Positions 8,355 to 18,539 of a stretch of 64,000 nucleotides of DNA are shown piece by piece. Origin of the DNA: Myxococcota bacterium (GTDB taxonomy: Bacteria > Myxococcota_A > UBA9160 > SZUA-336); NCBI GenBank assembly GCA_965247115.1, contig CBDFGR010000002.1, forward strand, positions 1,792,001-1,856,000. Direction: 5' to 3'. Each line of letters begins with the position of its first letter. Position 1 is the stretch's first letter. The position numbers and the translations under genes are program-made. A model generated the notes under the pieces. It was not told the DNA's origin. It did no database searches and saw only the letters and a list, made by a program, of their open reading frames with translations.

Positions 8355-9631
8355 CGGTCGCGGTGATCTGCGCGATCGAGGTACAGCGCGTCCTGCGCGC
8401 CCGCAACGCCAGCCTGAGCGCCGACCACCGGATGGACTTCCGGATGGGCATCCACATGGGCGACGTCCGCGTGGAGGGCGGCCGCATCTACGGCGATGGG
8501 GTCAACATCGCCGCGCGCCTCGAGGCGCTGGCCGACGCCGGCGGCATCTGCATCTCGTCCACGGTCCACGATCAGGTGCGGCACCGCATCAGCGTGGACT
8601 TCGAGGATCTCGGGGAGAAGTCGGTCAAGAACATCCCCGACCCGGTGCGCGTGTACCGCGCCCTCCTCTTCGCGGCCGAGCGGGCGGAGGCACCCGCCGC
8701 GGGAGTGGCGGCCCTTCTGATCTGGGGAACGGGCGGCGAGTTTGGCTCTACCGCGCGCCCGCCCGGGCCGATCCGCTCCATCGCCGTTCTTCCCCTCGAC
8801 AACTTGTCCGGCGAGGCGGAGCAGGAGTTCTTCGTCGACGGGCTAACCGAGGAGCTCACGGCGACGCTGGCCCGCATCCGGGCGCTCCGGGTGATCTCGC
8901 GAACCTCGGCCATGCAGTACAAGGGCGTGCACAAGCCGCTTCGCGAGATCGCGCGGGAGCTGGACGTCGACGGGGTGATCGAGGGCTCCGTGCTGCGCGC
9001 CGGGACGCAGGTGCGCATCACCGCCCAGCTGATTCGCGCCGACGCCGACGAGCACCTCTGGGCCGAGAGCTACACCCGCGAGCTCACGGACATACTGGCG
9101 CTGCAGCAAATGGCGCAGTTAGCCATGTTCCAGGGCCGCAACGAGGAGGCGGGGGAACTCATGGCCCGGACTTTCCATGCGGATCCGACATTCACGTATG
9201 GCCACCTCCTCCACCCTGTGGTGCGCCTTTACCACAACGACCTTCCAGGAGCCGAGGAGGCTTTGAACCGGGCGCGCCAGGTGATCGGCGACGACCCCAT
9301 GCTCGATGCCAGCGAGGCTCTCCTGTGGGCGAGACGTGGTGAACCTGGGAAAGCGGAAGCGGCCTTGACGCGGGCGATGCAAGACAAGCCGTTTCTGGGC
9401 CACATACACCACACATGGCACTATGCAGCGGCTACCTATGCTGTCCTCGGCAGGCCGAACGATGCCATTCAGAAGATCCGAGAGGCGACTACATGTGGCT
9501 TCCCGAACTTCGCTGTGTTTCGCGATGATCCGCACCTCGCGTCTCTTCGGGAAGAGCCGGAAATGAGACACTTGCTGTCCGAGCTCGAGCGTGAATGTGG
9601 AGAGTACCGAAGAGAGTTCGGCCGCCACTGA
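8355..9631 (+). pseudogene. Truncated/chimeric class III adenylate/guanylate cyclase + TolB-N-like + TPR protein
   Basis: FRMGIHMGDV..GDGVNIAARLE cyclase C-half without its N-half; SIAVLPLDNLS domain; abrupt switch to a TPR tail near 9105. Confidence 0.7.
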
Positions 9632-9802
9632 GTTGGCTCGAGGGACTGCTTATTCGGCCAGGCGCGACGGGGCACGCGGAGCGGGTGGGGAGGGAGCTGG
9701 CGGAGTTGTGATGACCCGACGCACTAGTTTCGCGGACACTCGACCAGCTAGACCCAAATCACCCGTAACTCGAAGAACACAAACCGCCCTAGGAGTCCTA
9801 CA

Positions 9803-10204
9803 GTGAAGGTCGTCAAGGTCCTGGCAGCCTTGTTTCTCGCTTACATAGGAATCGTCGTGGTCTTTGAGTCCCTGCTAGGGTATTACCAACCAGCAGATCC
9901 GAGCTCGATAGTCATCACGACCACGGATGAGGATGGAAACACAAGCGATCGAGTCCTGTCTCGCCTTGAAACTGATGGCCAACTACACGTCGCAGCAAAC
10001 CACTGGCCTCGGGCGTGGTACAAGCAAGCGTTAGAGAATCCGGAGGTGCAACTCACAATGGATGGTGAGAAAGCCGCTTATCTGGCAGTACCAGTCACGG
10101 ATGAAGAGCACGATCGCGTCAATGCCGAGAAGCCCTTGGGCATCGTGATTCGAGTTTTGACAGGTTTTCCATCGAGATACTTTGTTCGGCTCGACCCTCG
10201 CTAG
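9803..10204 (+). CDS. Nitroreductase-like/deazaflavin-dependent split-barrel protein with N-terminal TM helix
   Basis: IVITTTD..WPRAWYKQALENPEVQL..FVRLDPR; SD AGGAG. Confidence 0.6.
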   Translation: MKVVKVLAALFLAYIGIVVVFESLLGYYQPADPSSIVITTTDEDGNTSDRVLSRLETDGQLHVAANHWPRAWYKQALENPEVQLTMDGEKAAYLAVPVTDEEHDRVNAEKPLGIVIRVLTGFPSRYFVRLDPR

Positions 10205-10208
10205 GCCC

Positions 10209-10511
10209 CTAGCAGAGGGGAATTCCCGCAACTGCGCTACGGTCCGACGGGTTGCCAATCCCTGCAGCTCGCAGGGCCTCCGTGTAAGGATCTCTCCCCA
10301 CGCAGCAGTCGGCAAGCCTCCCGTCGATGACCACTGCCGGAACCGAGTGGATAGCGAGCTCCCCAGCTCTCCGGGCCACCGCTGGATCTCGCATGTCGCG
10401 GACTACCACCTCGCGGGATTCGTGGGCCAGGTTCAAGACAAGCGACACCGCCCGGTGGCACAACGAACAGCCCGCACTGAAGACCTCGACCTCGCCGTGT
10501 GGCTCGCTCAT
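10209..10511 (-). CDS. Thioredoxin/glutaredoxin-like small protein
   Basis: VEVFSAGCSLC (CxxC), SVPAVVIDG, additional CC. Confidence 0.75.
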   Translation of the reverse strand: MSEPHGEVEVFSAGCSLCHRAVSLVLNLAHESREVVVRDMRDPAVARRAGELAIHSVPAVVIDGRLADCCVGRDPYTEALRAAGIGNPSDRSAVAGIPLC

Positions 10512-10554
10512 CTTCCGTCAATTCCAGCACCGCTGACCTGCAACGGATCTTCGG

Positions 10555-10989
10555 CTACGAGAGCTCCCGAGCTTCACCGAGCGAATAGTTCCCGTCCACG
10601 ATGATGGCCCGCTCGGCGATCCACCAGCGCCCGCCATCGTGAATAAGTTTGTCTTCGTAGCGGCCGCCCGCGCCGCCCGCTTCTCCCTCGGTCGAGACGG
10701 AGTCTGCGTCGAGGTAGCAGACCGCGCTCGCCTGCCGACCATCCACCTGAATGAGGGGCGCACTGATCTTGTGGCGCAGGATCTTGGTCCCTTTTCGCAC
10801 GGTGTCGAAGTAGCGCTCGTACCATCCCCGCACCGCATCGGCGCCCTTGTACGCCTCTTCCGACTCGTAGCGCGGAAGAAGGACAGCGTCGCGGTGAAAG
10901 ACCTGCATTACGTCATCGACGGTGCCGCGATCGACGGAGTGGCAGTAGCGATGAAGCAGCTGCTCTATCTCTACGATGTCCGATGTCAT
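10555..10989 (-). CDS. SnoaL/NTF2-like protein
   Basis: IEQLLHRYCHSVD..GRYEDKL..GRWWIAER. Confidence 0.85.
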   Translation of the reverse strand: MTSDIVEIEQLLHRYCHSVDRGTVDDVMQVFHRDAVLLPRYESEEAYKGADAVRGWYERYFDTVRKGTKILRHKISAPLIQVDGRQASAVCYLDADSVSTEGEAGGAGGRYEDKLIHDGGRWWIAERAIIVDGNYSLGEARELS

Positions 10990-11052
10990 GGAGTGCCTCC
11001 GTGTCTATGTGCGTTCTCTGCTCGATACCCTACTCCAGTGATGAATTGGGCG

Positions 11053-11750
11053 TCACTTCTTGCGAACCCGGCGCTGAAAGGTCCATCTCCCCGAGGGCTC
11101 GTCGACCTCCACTGGCTCACTGGCGAGCGGAAAGCTGACCTCTAGCTCGGAGATCTGAATGAAGGCCGGGCCGATCGCGTCCGAAGCTAGCTCCGTCTCC
11201 TAGTACACGGACAGCATCAGCTCATCGATGGCGAGCGGGTCGCTGTAGAGCTCGCGCACGGTGGAGGGGCCCGCCTCGATGCTCACGGTCTCGCACCCCC
11301 GTTCCTCGCGCAGAAAACGCAGTACCTGTCGGAGCGATGGGTTTGTGTTCGCCTTGAGCATCACTCCACGTTCGCCCGCCGCCGAGGCAAGGCTCGCCGC
11401 GCCTTCGTCGCCTGTGTAGACCAGGCAGGGTCCGCTCTGGAACAGCGGATGAAGAAGGTCGAGTCCCCGACCGGAGCTGAGCACCACACTCAGGGGTGGG
11501 GTCGGGCGACCAAGTCGTTCCGCGCGCCACTCGCCCAGATCAGCGAGCTCCGGTGCGGTTGTCGGGATGCGGTGCACAAGGCCCGGCTCATGCCGAAGAA
11601 TCTCGCCCGTCGTCACGATGGCATCGGCGCGAGCACGCGCCAGACAAAGCGCGAACAAGTCCGGGGCGCTCCGCGGCGTCGCCTGGTTGACCCGGAGAAC
11701 TCGGGGAACCCCCGAGGGACTCTGCCAGAGGGCGGTCACGCTCTGGGCAG
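11053..11750 (-). pseudogene. RibD C-terminal (DHFR-like) reductase, 5'-truncated, with in-frame TAG at 11200-11202
   Basis: ARARADAIVTTGEILRHEP, VSIEAGPS, IDELMLSV; frame continues past the TAG to TGA at 11053-11055. Confidence 0.7.
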
Positions 11751-13087
11751 TTTCGCTAGGCGGGCTGAGCGCCGTGTCGCTCCCGCTGGGGTCAGCCGTG
11801 GGGTTGGCTCTGCGGCCCAGCCTGTCGACCGCGGCTGTGCTGGCCGCGTTCGGCGCCGGGGCACTGATCGCGGCGGTCACCATCGAACTGGTCGCCCCGA
11901 CCGTGCAGCACATTGGCGAAAGCGGCGGACACGCGGGTGCGGCTGCCTTCTGGATCCTCGCCGCGGGCGCACTGGCGGGAGGACTTCTCTTCGTTGCGGT
12001 CGATCGCGCGCTCGCGTCGCGAGGCGGGTTTCTGCGCAAGGTCTCGACCGCCATCGGTTGGTTCACACGAGAGGCGCGACAGCGGAACGAGTCCTATCTG
12101 AAGGAACTCTGCGCGATTCCGCTGCTCTGGAAGCTCCCCTCCGAACAGGTCGAGCTGCTGATCCGCGATGTGAGGGCGGAGTCGTACTCCGAAGAGGAGA
12201 CCCTGTTTGAGGAGGGCGAGGTCGCGGACGAACTCTTCTTCGTCCGGTCCGGTGAGGTCGAGCTCAGTCGCGGCGGCGAGCACGTCCGCACCGTGGGGGC
12301 CGGGGGGATCTTTGGCGAGCTTCCGCTGCTGGCCGGTATTCCGCGCACCGTCTCTGCGCAAGCAAAAGGGCGCGTAGAGGCACTGGTGCTGCGCGGAGCG
12401 GACTTCGAGCGCTGGCGTGCGGAGTGTCCGGAGTTTGATCTGGGCTTTCGCGAGATGGCCAGCGAGCGACTGGAGGAGATCCGCGAGCGCGATGCAGTTC
12501 GCAGCCAGATGGAACAGAGCTGGGGGGAGCAGGCGATCGGTGCTTTGCGACAGGGAACAGTCGTACCGAGCCCGGCGGAGATCCGGCAGGCTGCAGAGGC
12601 GCGCAGCGGCGCCGGGCTCGCGGTGTGGCTCGGAATGTTGATCGACGGAATCCCCGAGAGCATCGTGATCGGATCGGGTTTCCTCGGGATACTGAGAGGA
12701 CGCCTCGCGAGCGGAACAGACGTGGCCTTTGCGGAGGTCGTCCCCTACACGCTGATCGCGGGGCTGTTCCTGGCGAACTTCCCAGAGGCGCTGTCGAGCT
12801 CACTGGCGATGCGGACACAGGGATGGAGCCGAATGCGCGTGCTCTCGATGTGGAGCGCGTTGATGGTGATCACGGCGGCAGGCGCCGGTGTCGGGTACGC
12901 GATTGGGGGGGCGGTTCCCCACTACGCGCTCATCGCCATCGAGGGCGTCGCCGCCGGGGCCATGATCACGACGATCGTCTCGACCATGATTCCGGAAGCC
13001 GTCCACCTGGCGGGCTCGGGGTCGCGGGTCGGAATCTCGACGCTGGTGGGGTTCTTCGCGGCGGTCTCGTTCAAGCTGCTGGAGTAA
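11735..13087 (+). CDS. ZIP-family metal transporter with inserted cNMP-binding domain; native start apparently lost
   Basis: AFGAGALIAAV, LIDGIPES, FLANFPEALS, TMIPEA ZIP motifs; FGELPLLAGIPRTVS cNMP cassette. Confidence 0.75.
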   Translation, partial: VTLWAVSLGGLSAVSLPLGSAVGLALRPSLSTAAVLAAFGAGALIAAVTIELVAPTVQHIGESGGHAGAAAFWILAAGALAGGLLFVAVDRALASRGGFLRKVSTAIGWFTREARQRNESYLKELCAIPLLWKLPSEQVELLIRDVRAESYSEEETLFEEGEVADELFFVRSGEVELSRGGEHVRTVGAGGIFGELPLLAGIPRTVSAQAKGRVEALVLRGADFERWRAECPEFDLGFREMASERLEEIRERDAVRSQMEQSWGEQAIGALRQGTVVPSPAEIRQAAEARSGAGLAVWLGMLIDGIPESIVIGSGFLGILRGRLASGTDVAFAEVVPYTLIAGLFLANFPEALSSSLAMRTQGWSRMRVLSMWSALMVITAAGAGVGYAIGGAVPHYALIAIEGVAAGAMITTIVSTMIPEAVHLAGSGSRVGISTLVGFFAAVSFKLLE

Positions 13088-13201
13088 GTCGGTGGCACCG
13101 AGGAGGTGCCCAGTTAGAGGTTCCCTCCTGTGGAGTTCTTCCGGGCGGGGATGATCTGTAACTGGCCGGAAATCGCTCGGATTCAACAACGCACTATGCG
13201 G

Positions 13202-13231
13202 TTGACTGGGCGGACCGGGCGAGCGTATGCT
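13202..13231 (+). promoter_or_regulatory. Putative sigma70 promoter of the TonB-dependent receptor
   Basis: TTGACT-18 bp-TATGCT in the intergenic region. Confidence 0.55.
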
Positions 13232-13312
13232 CATTCACCTGGAAGAATTGCGAGAGACAGACTACGCTGGGAGCCGGGATAGCACCTGGCCACCGAATAT
13301 GGAGGCCGCACA

Positions 13313-15673
13313 ATGCGCAATCCCTCGACTGACTTAGGCCGGCTCTTTGTTTACGGCGCATCCCTCGCCCTCTGCGCCCCTCTCATTGCGTCACCCGCGC
13401 TCGGAGATGAGGCGAGCGGAGAAGACGTGGATGTGCCGGCTCCGCCCGCACTGGTCGAAGAGGAGGCCGAAGAAGCGGCCGAAGAGGCGACCTCCCTGAG
13501 CCGACGGACCCAGATCGAGGAGCTCGTCGTGACGGGGCAGCGTCGCGAGACGAACCTGCAGACCACACCGATCGCGATCTCGGCCTTTTCTGCGGATGAC
13601 ATCGCACGCAGCGACCTGGACAGCTTCGAGAAGGTGCAGTTCCAGGTTCCCGGCATGACCTTCGCCCGCGGGATCGGCTACACGTACATCACGGTGCGCG
13701 GCGTCGGCCTCGACGTACCCATCCTGGGTGAGCCGGGAGTCGCTCTCAACATCGATGGCGTCTACCAGGCCCGCTCCTACATCTCGAACGGGATCTACGA
13801 AGACCTGGAGCGAATCGAGGTGCTCCGAGGTCCGCAAGGAACGCTCTACGGCCGGAATGCAACCGGAGGGGCGATGAATCTGTGGACGAAGACCCCGCCC
13901 GAATCTACGGAAGCGGAGTTCTCCGCCCTGGTTGGAGACAACAACCGCTACCGCATTCGATCTGCTCTCGGCGGCCCGATTAACGAGAACCTGGGTCTGC
14001 GGCTGAGCTACACCACGGACCAGAGCGACGGCCTGAGGCGGAACAATGTCAACGGGGACAAGCTCGACGACACCGATCACCACTCGCTTCGAGGCTCGCT
14101 GCGCTACACCCCCACCGAAGACGTTGAGATCCTGGTGCGTTACGACTGGGCACGCGACCGTGGAAATGGGCCGACCTTCCAGCACGCCGGCCAGCTAATC
14201 CCGTTCGGTCCGCTGACGTTCGGGGGCACTCTGGAACCGGACGCCCAACGCGTCAACGTCGACAGGAAGCTGGACAACGAGAAGCGCATCTGGGGAATCA
14301 GCAGCACCATGAAGCTGGACCTTCACGGACTGCCGCTGATTGGTGACGCGACGCTCAACTCCATCACGTCGTTCCGCTATAACAGGATGGAGCTCGATGG
14401 GGACCTCGATGGAACCGAGGCCAACTTTATAAACACCAATCAGGAAGATACTTCCAAGGTGTGGACTCAGGAGCTCACCCTGAGCTCCGCGGGCGACGGG
14501 AAACTCGACTGGGTGGTCGGAGCGTACTTCTTCAAGGACCGCGCCGATACTTCCTTCTTCTACACACTGCCCGATCTCGCGGCCTTGGCGCAGGAGATCC
14601 TGGACGCCGGCGGAACTGGGTTTGACGTGCTGGACGCGGGAATCGTCGACAATTTTATCTTCGCTATGGATCAGGACACCGAGGCTTGGGCCCTGTTCGG
14701 GGAGGCGACGTACCACGTGACCGAGCGCCTCCGCGCAACCGTCGGCATACGATACAGTGACGAGGAGAAGGACTTCGATCAGCTTGTGTCTTTTGGAGTC
14801 CCAGGGCTCGAGGACGTCCCCGGCTTTGGCCACGATTTTATCCTGTGCGAAGGGCTGGAGAGCGACCTCGACTTCACCTCTTGGACCCCGAAGTTCGGCG
14901 TAGATTTCGACGTCGCGGAATCCGTCATGGCATACGCATCGGTGAGTCGCGGCTTTAAGGGCGGCGGCATGAATGCCGACGTCTGTGGGGGGGACTTCGA
15001 TCAGGAAAGCCTCTGGTCCTACGAGATCGGTGTGAAGAGCCAGTGGCTCGACGACCGCCTCCAGTTGAATCTCGTCGGCTTCTTCTACGACTACGAAGAC
15101 TACCAGGCGATCGTCAACATCGCGAATTCCTCTACCATTGAGAATGCCGCGGACGCCGAGGTGCTGGGCTTCGAAGCCGAGCTGCGTGCCTTCCCGTTCG
15201 AGGGATTCCAGTTGACTGCCGGGCTCTCCATCCAGAATGCCGAGTTCGAGGAATACTTCTCACTTAACCCGTTCTTCGGCAATATCGAGGACCTCAAAGG
15301 GAATCAGCTGCCCCGTGCCCCCGACAAGAGCTTCTTCATCAGCGGGGACTACACCGTGCCCATCTCGGACCTTGGATCGGCCTCGCTTCGGTATGAGTAT
15401 TCCTGGTCGGACAATTACTACTTCACGTCTTTCAACGAAACCTACGCCGAACAGTCCAGCTACAGCTTATCCAACGCGCGGGTCATCCTCGCCACCGCAG
15501 GTGGAAGGCTCGAGGACACGCTCGGCGACTTTGAGCTGCACTTCTTCGTCAACAATCTCGGAGACAAAGACCACTTGTATTCAGTGGCCGATGTCGCAAC
15601 GGTCGGTGGTCAGATGCGCCTCTACGCGGATCCCCGGCGCTACGGAGTAGAGCTCAAATATCGCTTCCACTGA
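13313..15673 (+). CDS. TonB-dependent receptor
   Basis: Signal peptide, TonB box IEELVVTG, DLERIEVLRGPQGTLYGRNA, C-terminal PRRYGVELKYRF. Confidence 0.95.
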   Translation: MRNPSTDLGRLFVYGASLALCAPLIASPALGDEASGEDVDVPAPPALVEEEAEEAAEEATSLSRRTQIEELVVTGQRRETNLQTTPIAISAFSADDIARSDLDSFEKVQFQVPGMTFARGIGYTYITVRGVGLDVPILGEPGVALNIDGVYQARSYISNGIYEDLERIEVLRGPQGTLYGRNATGGAMNLWTKTPPESTEAEFSALVGDNNRYRIRSALGGPINENLGLRLSYTTDQSDGLRRNNVNGDKLDDTDHHSLRGSLRYTPTEDVEILVRYDWARDRGNGPTFQHAGQLIPFGPLTFGGTLEPDAQRVNVDRKLDNEKRIWGISSTMKLDLHGLPLIGDATLNSITSFRYNRMELDGDLDGTEANFINTNQEDTSKVWTQELTLSSAGDGKLDWVVGAYFFKDRADTSFFYTLPDLAALAQEILDAGGTGFDVLDAGIVDNFIFAMDQDTEAWALFGEATYHVTERLRATVGIRYSDEEKDFDQLVSFGVPGLEDVPGFGHDFILCEGLESDLDFTSWTPKFGVDFDVAESVMAYASVSRGFKGGGMNADVCGGDFDQESLWSYEIGVKSQWLDDRLQLNLVGFFYDYEDYQAIVNIANSSTIENAADAEVLGFEAELRAFPFEGFQLTAGLSIQNAEFEEYFSLNPFFGNIEDLKGNQLPRAPDKSFFISGDYTVPISDLGSASLRYEYSWSDNYYFTSFNETYAEQSSYSLSNARVILATAGGRLEDTLGDFELHFFVNNLGDKDHLYSVADVATVGGQMRLYADPRRYGVELKYRFH

Positions 15674-15749
15674 TTTCTCCGCGCGGACGCTCGGTCGGCC
15701 CTAGGGTACATACCAGTATCGAACTCAGCGGTCGCTTCGAGTAGGGATC

Positions 15750-15952
15750 TTCGACAGCGCGGCCGCGCCGGTACTCGTCGTTGCAGAAGCACAGAATGTG
15801 GCGTCGCATCTGGCGGGCGTCGACGAAGAGGTGGTAAGCGAGGCCGGGCCGCTGCTGGATGAGTGCCTCGAGTGCGGAGGAGAGCGTGGCTCCGCCCACC
15901 TCGAAGCGTCGAGATCTGCCGGTGATTGCACGAGAACGAGCGGGAGCTTGAC
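15750..15952 (-). pseudogene. MoaD/ThiS-like (ubiquitin-fold) remnant, frameshifted
   Basis: VKLPLVL / AITG..FEVGGATLSSALEAL..RPGLAYHLF..MRRHILCFCNDE; no C-terminal GG. Confidence 0.55.
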
Positions 15953-16212
15953 TCCGCTGAGGAGATCCAGCGAAGCGATCTGGACTCGCGTCGGGAACAT
16001 CCAGTTCCAGGTGCGCAGGCTCGTGTATGCCGAGGTCGAGAGCTACTCCCAGCAACCCTGCGGGGCGTGGGCCCCGAGTTCGGCACCAGCTCGGGCAAGC
16101 CCAGGGTGGCGTTCAACCTGGACGGCGTCTACCTGCCGCGCAGCACAACGTCGAGCGCCATCATGTCGGACCTGGAGCGAATCGAGGTTCTGCGGGGCCC
16201 GCAAGGGACCTG
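15950..16212 (+). pseudogene. Degenerate TonB-dependent receptor plug fragment
   Basis: SAEEIQRSDLDS, IQFQV, LRGVG, VAFNLDGVYLPRS, DLERIEVLRGPQGT paralogous to the 13313 gene, with frameshifts. Confidence 0.8.
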
Positions 16213-16419
16213 TATGGACGCAACCTGCATCAAGCAGTACGCAGAGCTCGCTCCCGGGGAGCGCGTCGTCATCATGTGCCTCGCCACCGATCGTGCCCAT
16301 GGTAGGACACTCCACGCTCGGGCGGCAGCTCGCGTCGACCCGACACGACTACGGCCTCGACGGCCTCCCGCGTCAGTAGGCCTTCGACGTCCGAGCGAAA
16401 CTCCGCCAAGAACACTCGC

Positions 16420-16760
16420 CTGCGTATCGATCCTCCGCAGCCTCGATGACGGCCTTCAGGAGGTTGTTGATGACTTTTGGCTGACGGCGGTTACGCCGAC
16501 CTTCTTGCCGGCCCGGACGAGCTCGCAGATCATGCGCGCTCCCATGTAGGTCTTGCCCGCGCTTGGAGGGCCCTGCACGGGCAAGACGCCATGGTCGAGC
16601 TCGAGGACCAGGCGGCGCGCCGCTGCGCTCAGCTCCTCGCCTTCGTGGCGCAGGGACGGACCGATGGGCGGCTCGAGTCGGGGCGGCCGCTGCAAGAGGA
16701 GATCGCGTGCCCCTCGATGAGGTCCATCGGAGTCGATGCCGTGCTCTGCGACCCAGGTCG
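16420..16760 (-). pseudogene. SF1 helicase fragment (TM0106-type nuclease-helicase)
   Basis: VLPVQGPPSAGKTYMGARMICELV..KKVGVTAVS / KVINNLL; degraded Walker A plus frameshift. Confidence 0.65.
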
Positions 16761-16807
16761 CCAGGCGCTGCGTGTATACTCCTCGGGGTCGCGAACGAGG
16801 AGTTCCG

Positions 16808-17995
16808 ATGGAGTGTCGAGCCGCCGTCGCCGGTGTGGGCGAGTCGAACTACTACAAGCGAGGCGGCGCCCCCGAGACCGAGTTTCAGCTGGCGTGCATT
16901 GCCATCCGCAATGCGGTGGAAGACGCGGGTCTCGGGCTCTCGGACGTAGACGGCTTCGTGTCGTACGTGGACTCGCGCAACGACCCCGTGCGCCTCTCGT
17001 CCGCGCTCGGTCTTTCCAAGGTGGACTTCACCGCGCAGACGTACGGCGGGGGCGGAAACGGAGTAGGGTCTGCGGTCGCGATCGCGGATGCCGCGGTCAT
17101 CGCGGGGTACGCGCAACACGTCGTGGTGTTCCGCGCGGTGGCCCAGGGCCAGTTCGAGCGCTTCGGGCAGGCCATGATCGGCTGGTCCACGATGTCACAA
17201 AAAACAGGCCGGACGCGCGCCCCCGCGCCCGACGCCTACACCGCGCCGTACGGCTTGGTCAGCGCGGCCCAGATCAACGCGATGCAGACCCAGCGGTATA
17301 TGTACGAGCACGGCCTGGGGCAGGACGCCCTCGCGGACGTAACGCTGGCCTGCTACGAGCACGCGCAGCACAACCCGCGGGCCCTGCGCTACGGCACGCC
17401 GCTCTCGCGCGAGGACTACCACGCGTCGCGCTGGATCGCCGAGCCCTTTCACCTGTACGACTGCTGCCCCGAAAACGACGGGGCCGCGGCTGTGGTGGTG
17501 ACGACGACTGAGCGCGCGCGCGACCTGCGCCACGCGGCCGTCCCGATTTTGGCCGCCGCGCAGGGGCTCGAACGAGGCGGTGGGATCGGCGCGTTCAACG
17601 AGACGCCCTTTCCCACCGCGCACATGCGCCCCGTCGGCGAGCGCCTGTGGGGGCGGGCGGGGGTGACGGCCGCGGACGTGGACGTGGCGCAGTTCTACGA
17701 GAACTTCACCGGGCCGGTGCTCATCGCGATCAGCGAGATGGGCTTCTGCGAACCCGAGGGACTGAACGAGTTCGTTGGGAACGACCGGCTGCTGTGGAAG
17801 AGCGGGGGCCTGCCCCTGAACACGAGCGGCGGGAACATCGGCGAGGCGTACATCCACGGCTTCGGGCTCGTGAACGAGGCCGTGCGCCAGATCCGCGGCG
17901 ACTCGACGTGCCAGGTCGAGGATGCCGAGCTCAGCCTGGTCGTGGGGGGGCCGGGCTACGCACCGGGTAGCGCCGTGCTGTTCTGTCGAGGCTGA
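16808..17995 (+). CDS. SCP-x/lipid-transfer-type thiolase-like protein
   Basis: YDCCPENDGA, DVAQFYENF, LPLNTSGGNIGEAYIHG; SD GAGGAG. Confidence 0.85.
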   Translation: MECRAAVAGVGESNYYKRGGAPETEFQLACIAIRNAVEDAGLGLSDVDGFVSYVDSRNDPVRLSSALGLSKVDFTAQTYGGGGNGVGSAVAIADAAVIAGYAQHVVVFRAVAQGQFERFGQAMIGWSTMSQKTGRTRAPAPDAYTAPYGLVSAAQINAMQTQRYMYEHGLGQDALADVTLACYEHAQHNPRALRYGTPLSREDYHASRWIAEPFHLYDCCPENDGAAAVVVTTTERARDLRHAAVPILAAAQGLERGGGIGAFNETPFPTAHMRPVGERLWGRAGVTAADVDVAQFYENFTGPVLIAISEMGFCEPEGLNEFVGNDRLLWKSGGLPLNTSGGNIGEAYIHGFGLVNEAVRQIRGDSTCQVEDAELSLVVGGPGYAPGSAVLFCRG

Positions 17996-18005
17996 GGGAG
18001 GCCAC

Positions 18006-18437
18006 GTGGCCCGTACCATGCCAGACGAATGGGTGCTGCCGGCGGTCGAACCGCGGACCGAGGCCTTCTTCACCACCGGGCGACTTCTGCTCCAGCGATG
18101 TACGGCGTGTGAGTTCATCCAACACCCGCCCGAGGACGTGTGCCACCGCTGCCAGGGAATGGACTTCGACACGCGCGAAGTGGCGGGGCGCGGGACGATC
18201 TATAGTCACACGGTCGTGAGACACCCGGTCCACCCCATGCTCGAGGAGGCGGTGCCCTACACCGTGGTGCTCGTGAGCCTGGACGAGGTCCCGCACGTGC
18301 GCGTAACCGGCAACCTCGTCGACGTCCCACCCGAAGAGGCGCGCATCGGTATGCCCGTGCGCGCGGTGTGGGAGGAGGTCACCGACCCCGAGTCGGGCGG
18401 GAAGCTGCTGCTGCCCCAGTGGGAGCGCGCTACCTAG
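18006..18437 (+). CDS. Zn-ribbon/OB-fold (DUF35/ChsH2-like) partner of the thiolase
   Basis: CTAC..CHRC, GRGTIYSHT, RIGMPVRAVW. Confidence 0.9.
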   Translation: MARTMPDEWVLPAVEPRTEAFFTTGRLLLQRCTACEFIQHPPEDVCHRCQGMDFDTREVAGRGTIYSHTVVRHPVHPMLEEAVPYTVVLVSLDEVPHVRVTGNLVDVPPEEARIGMPVRAVWEEVTDPESGGKLLLPQWERAT

Positions 18438-18539
18438 GAATCACGGGCAGCAGCAGGTACGACGCCATGTCCTCTGGTGGTAGACGCTCTGTTCGGCCGT
18501 AGAGCCCGGACAGGTGCGAGGCCGCCCTCGCGCTCCTCT

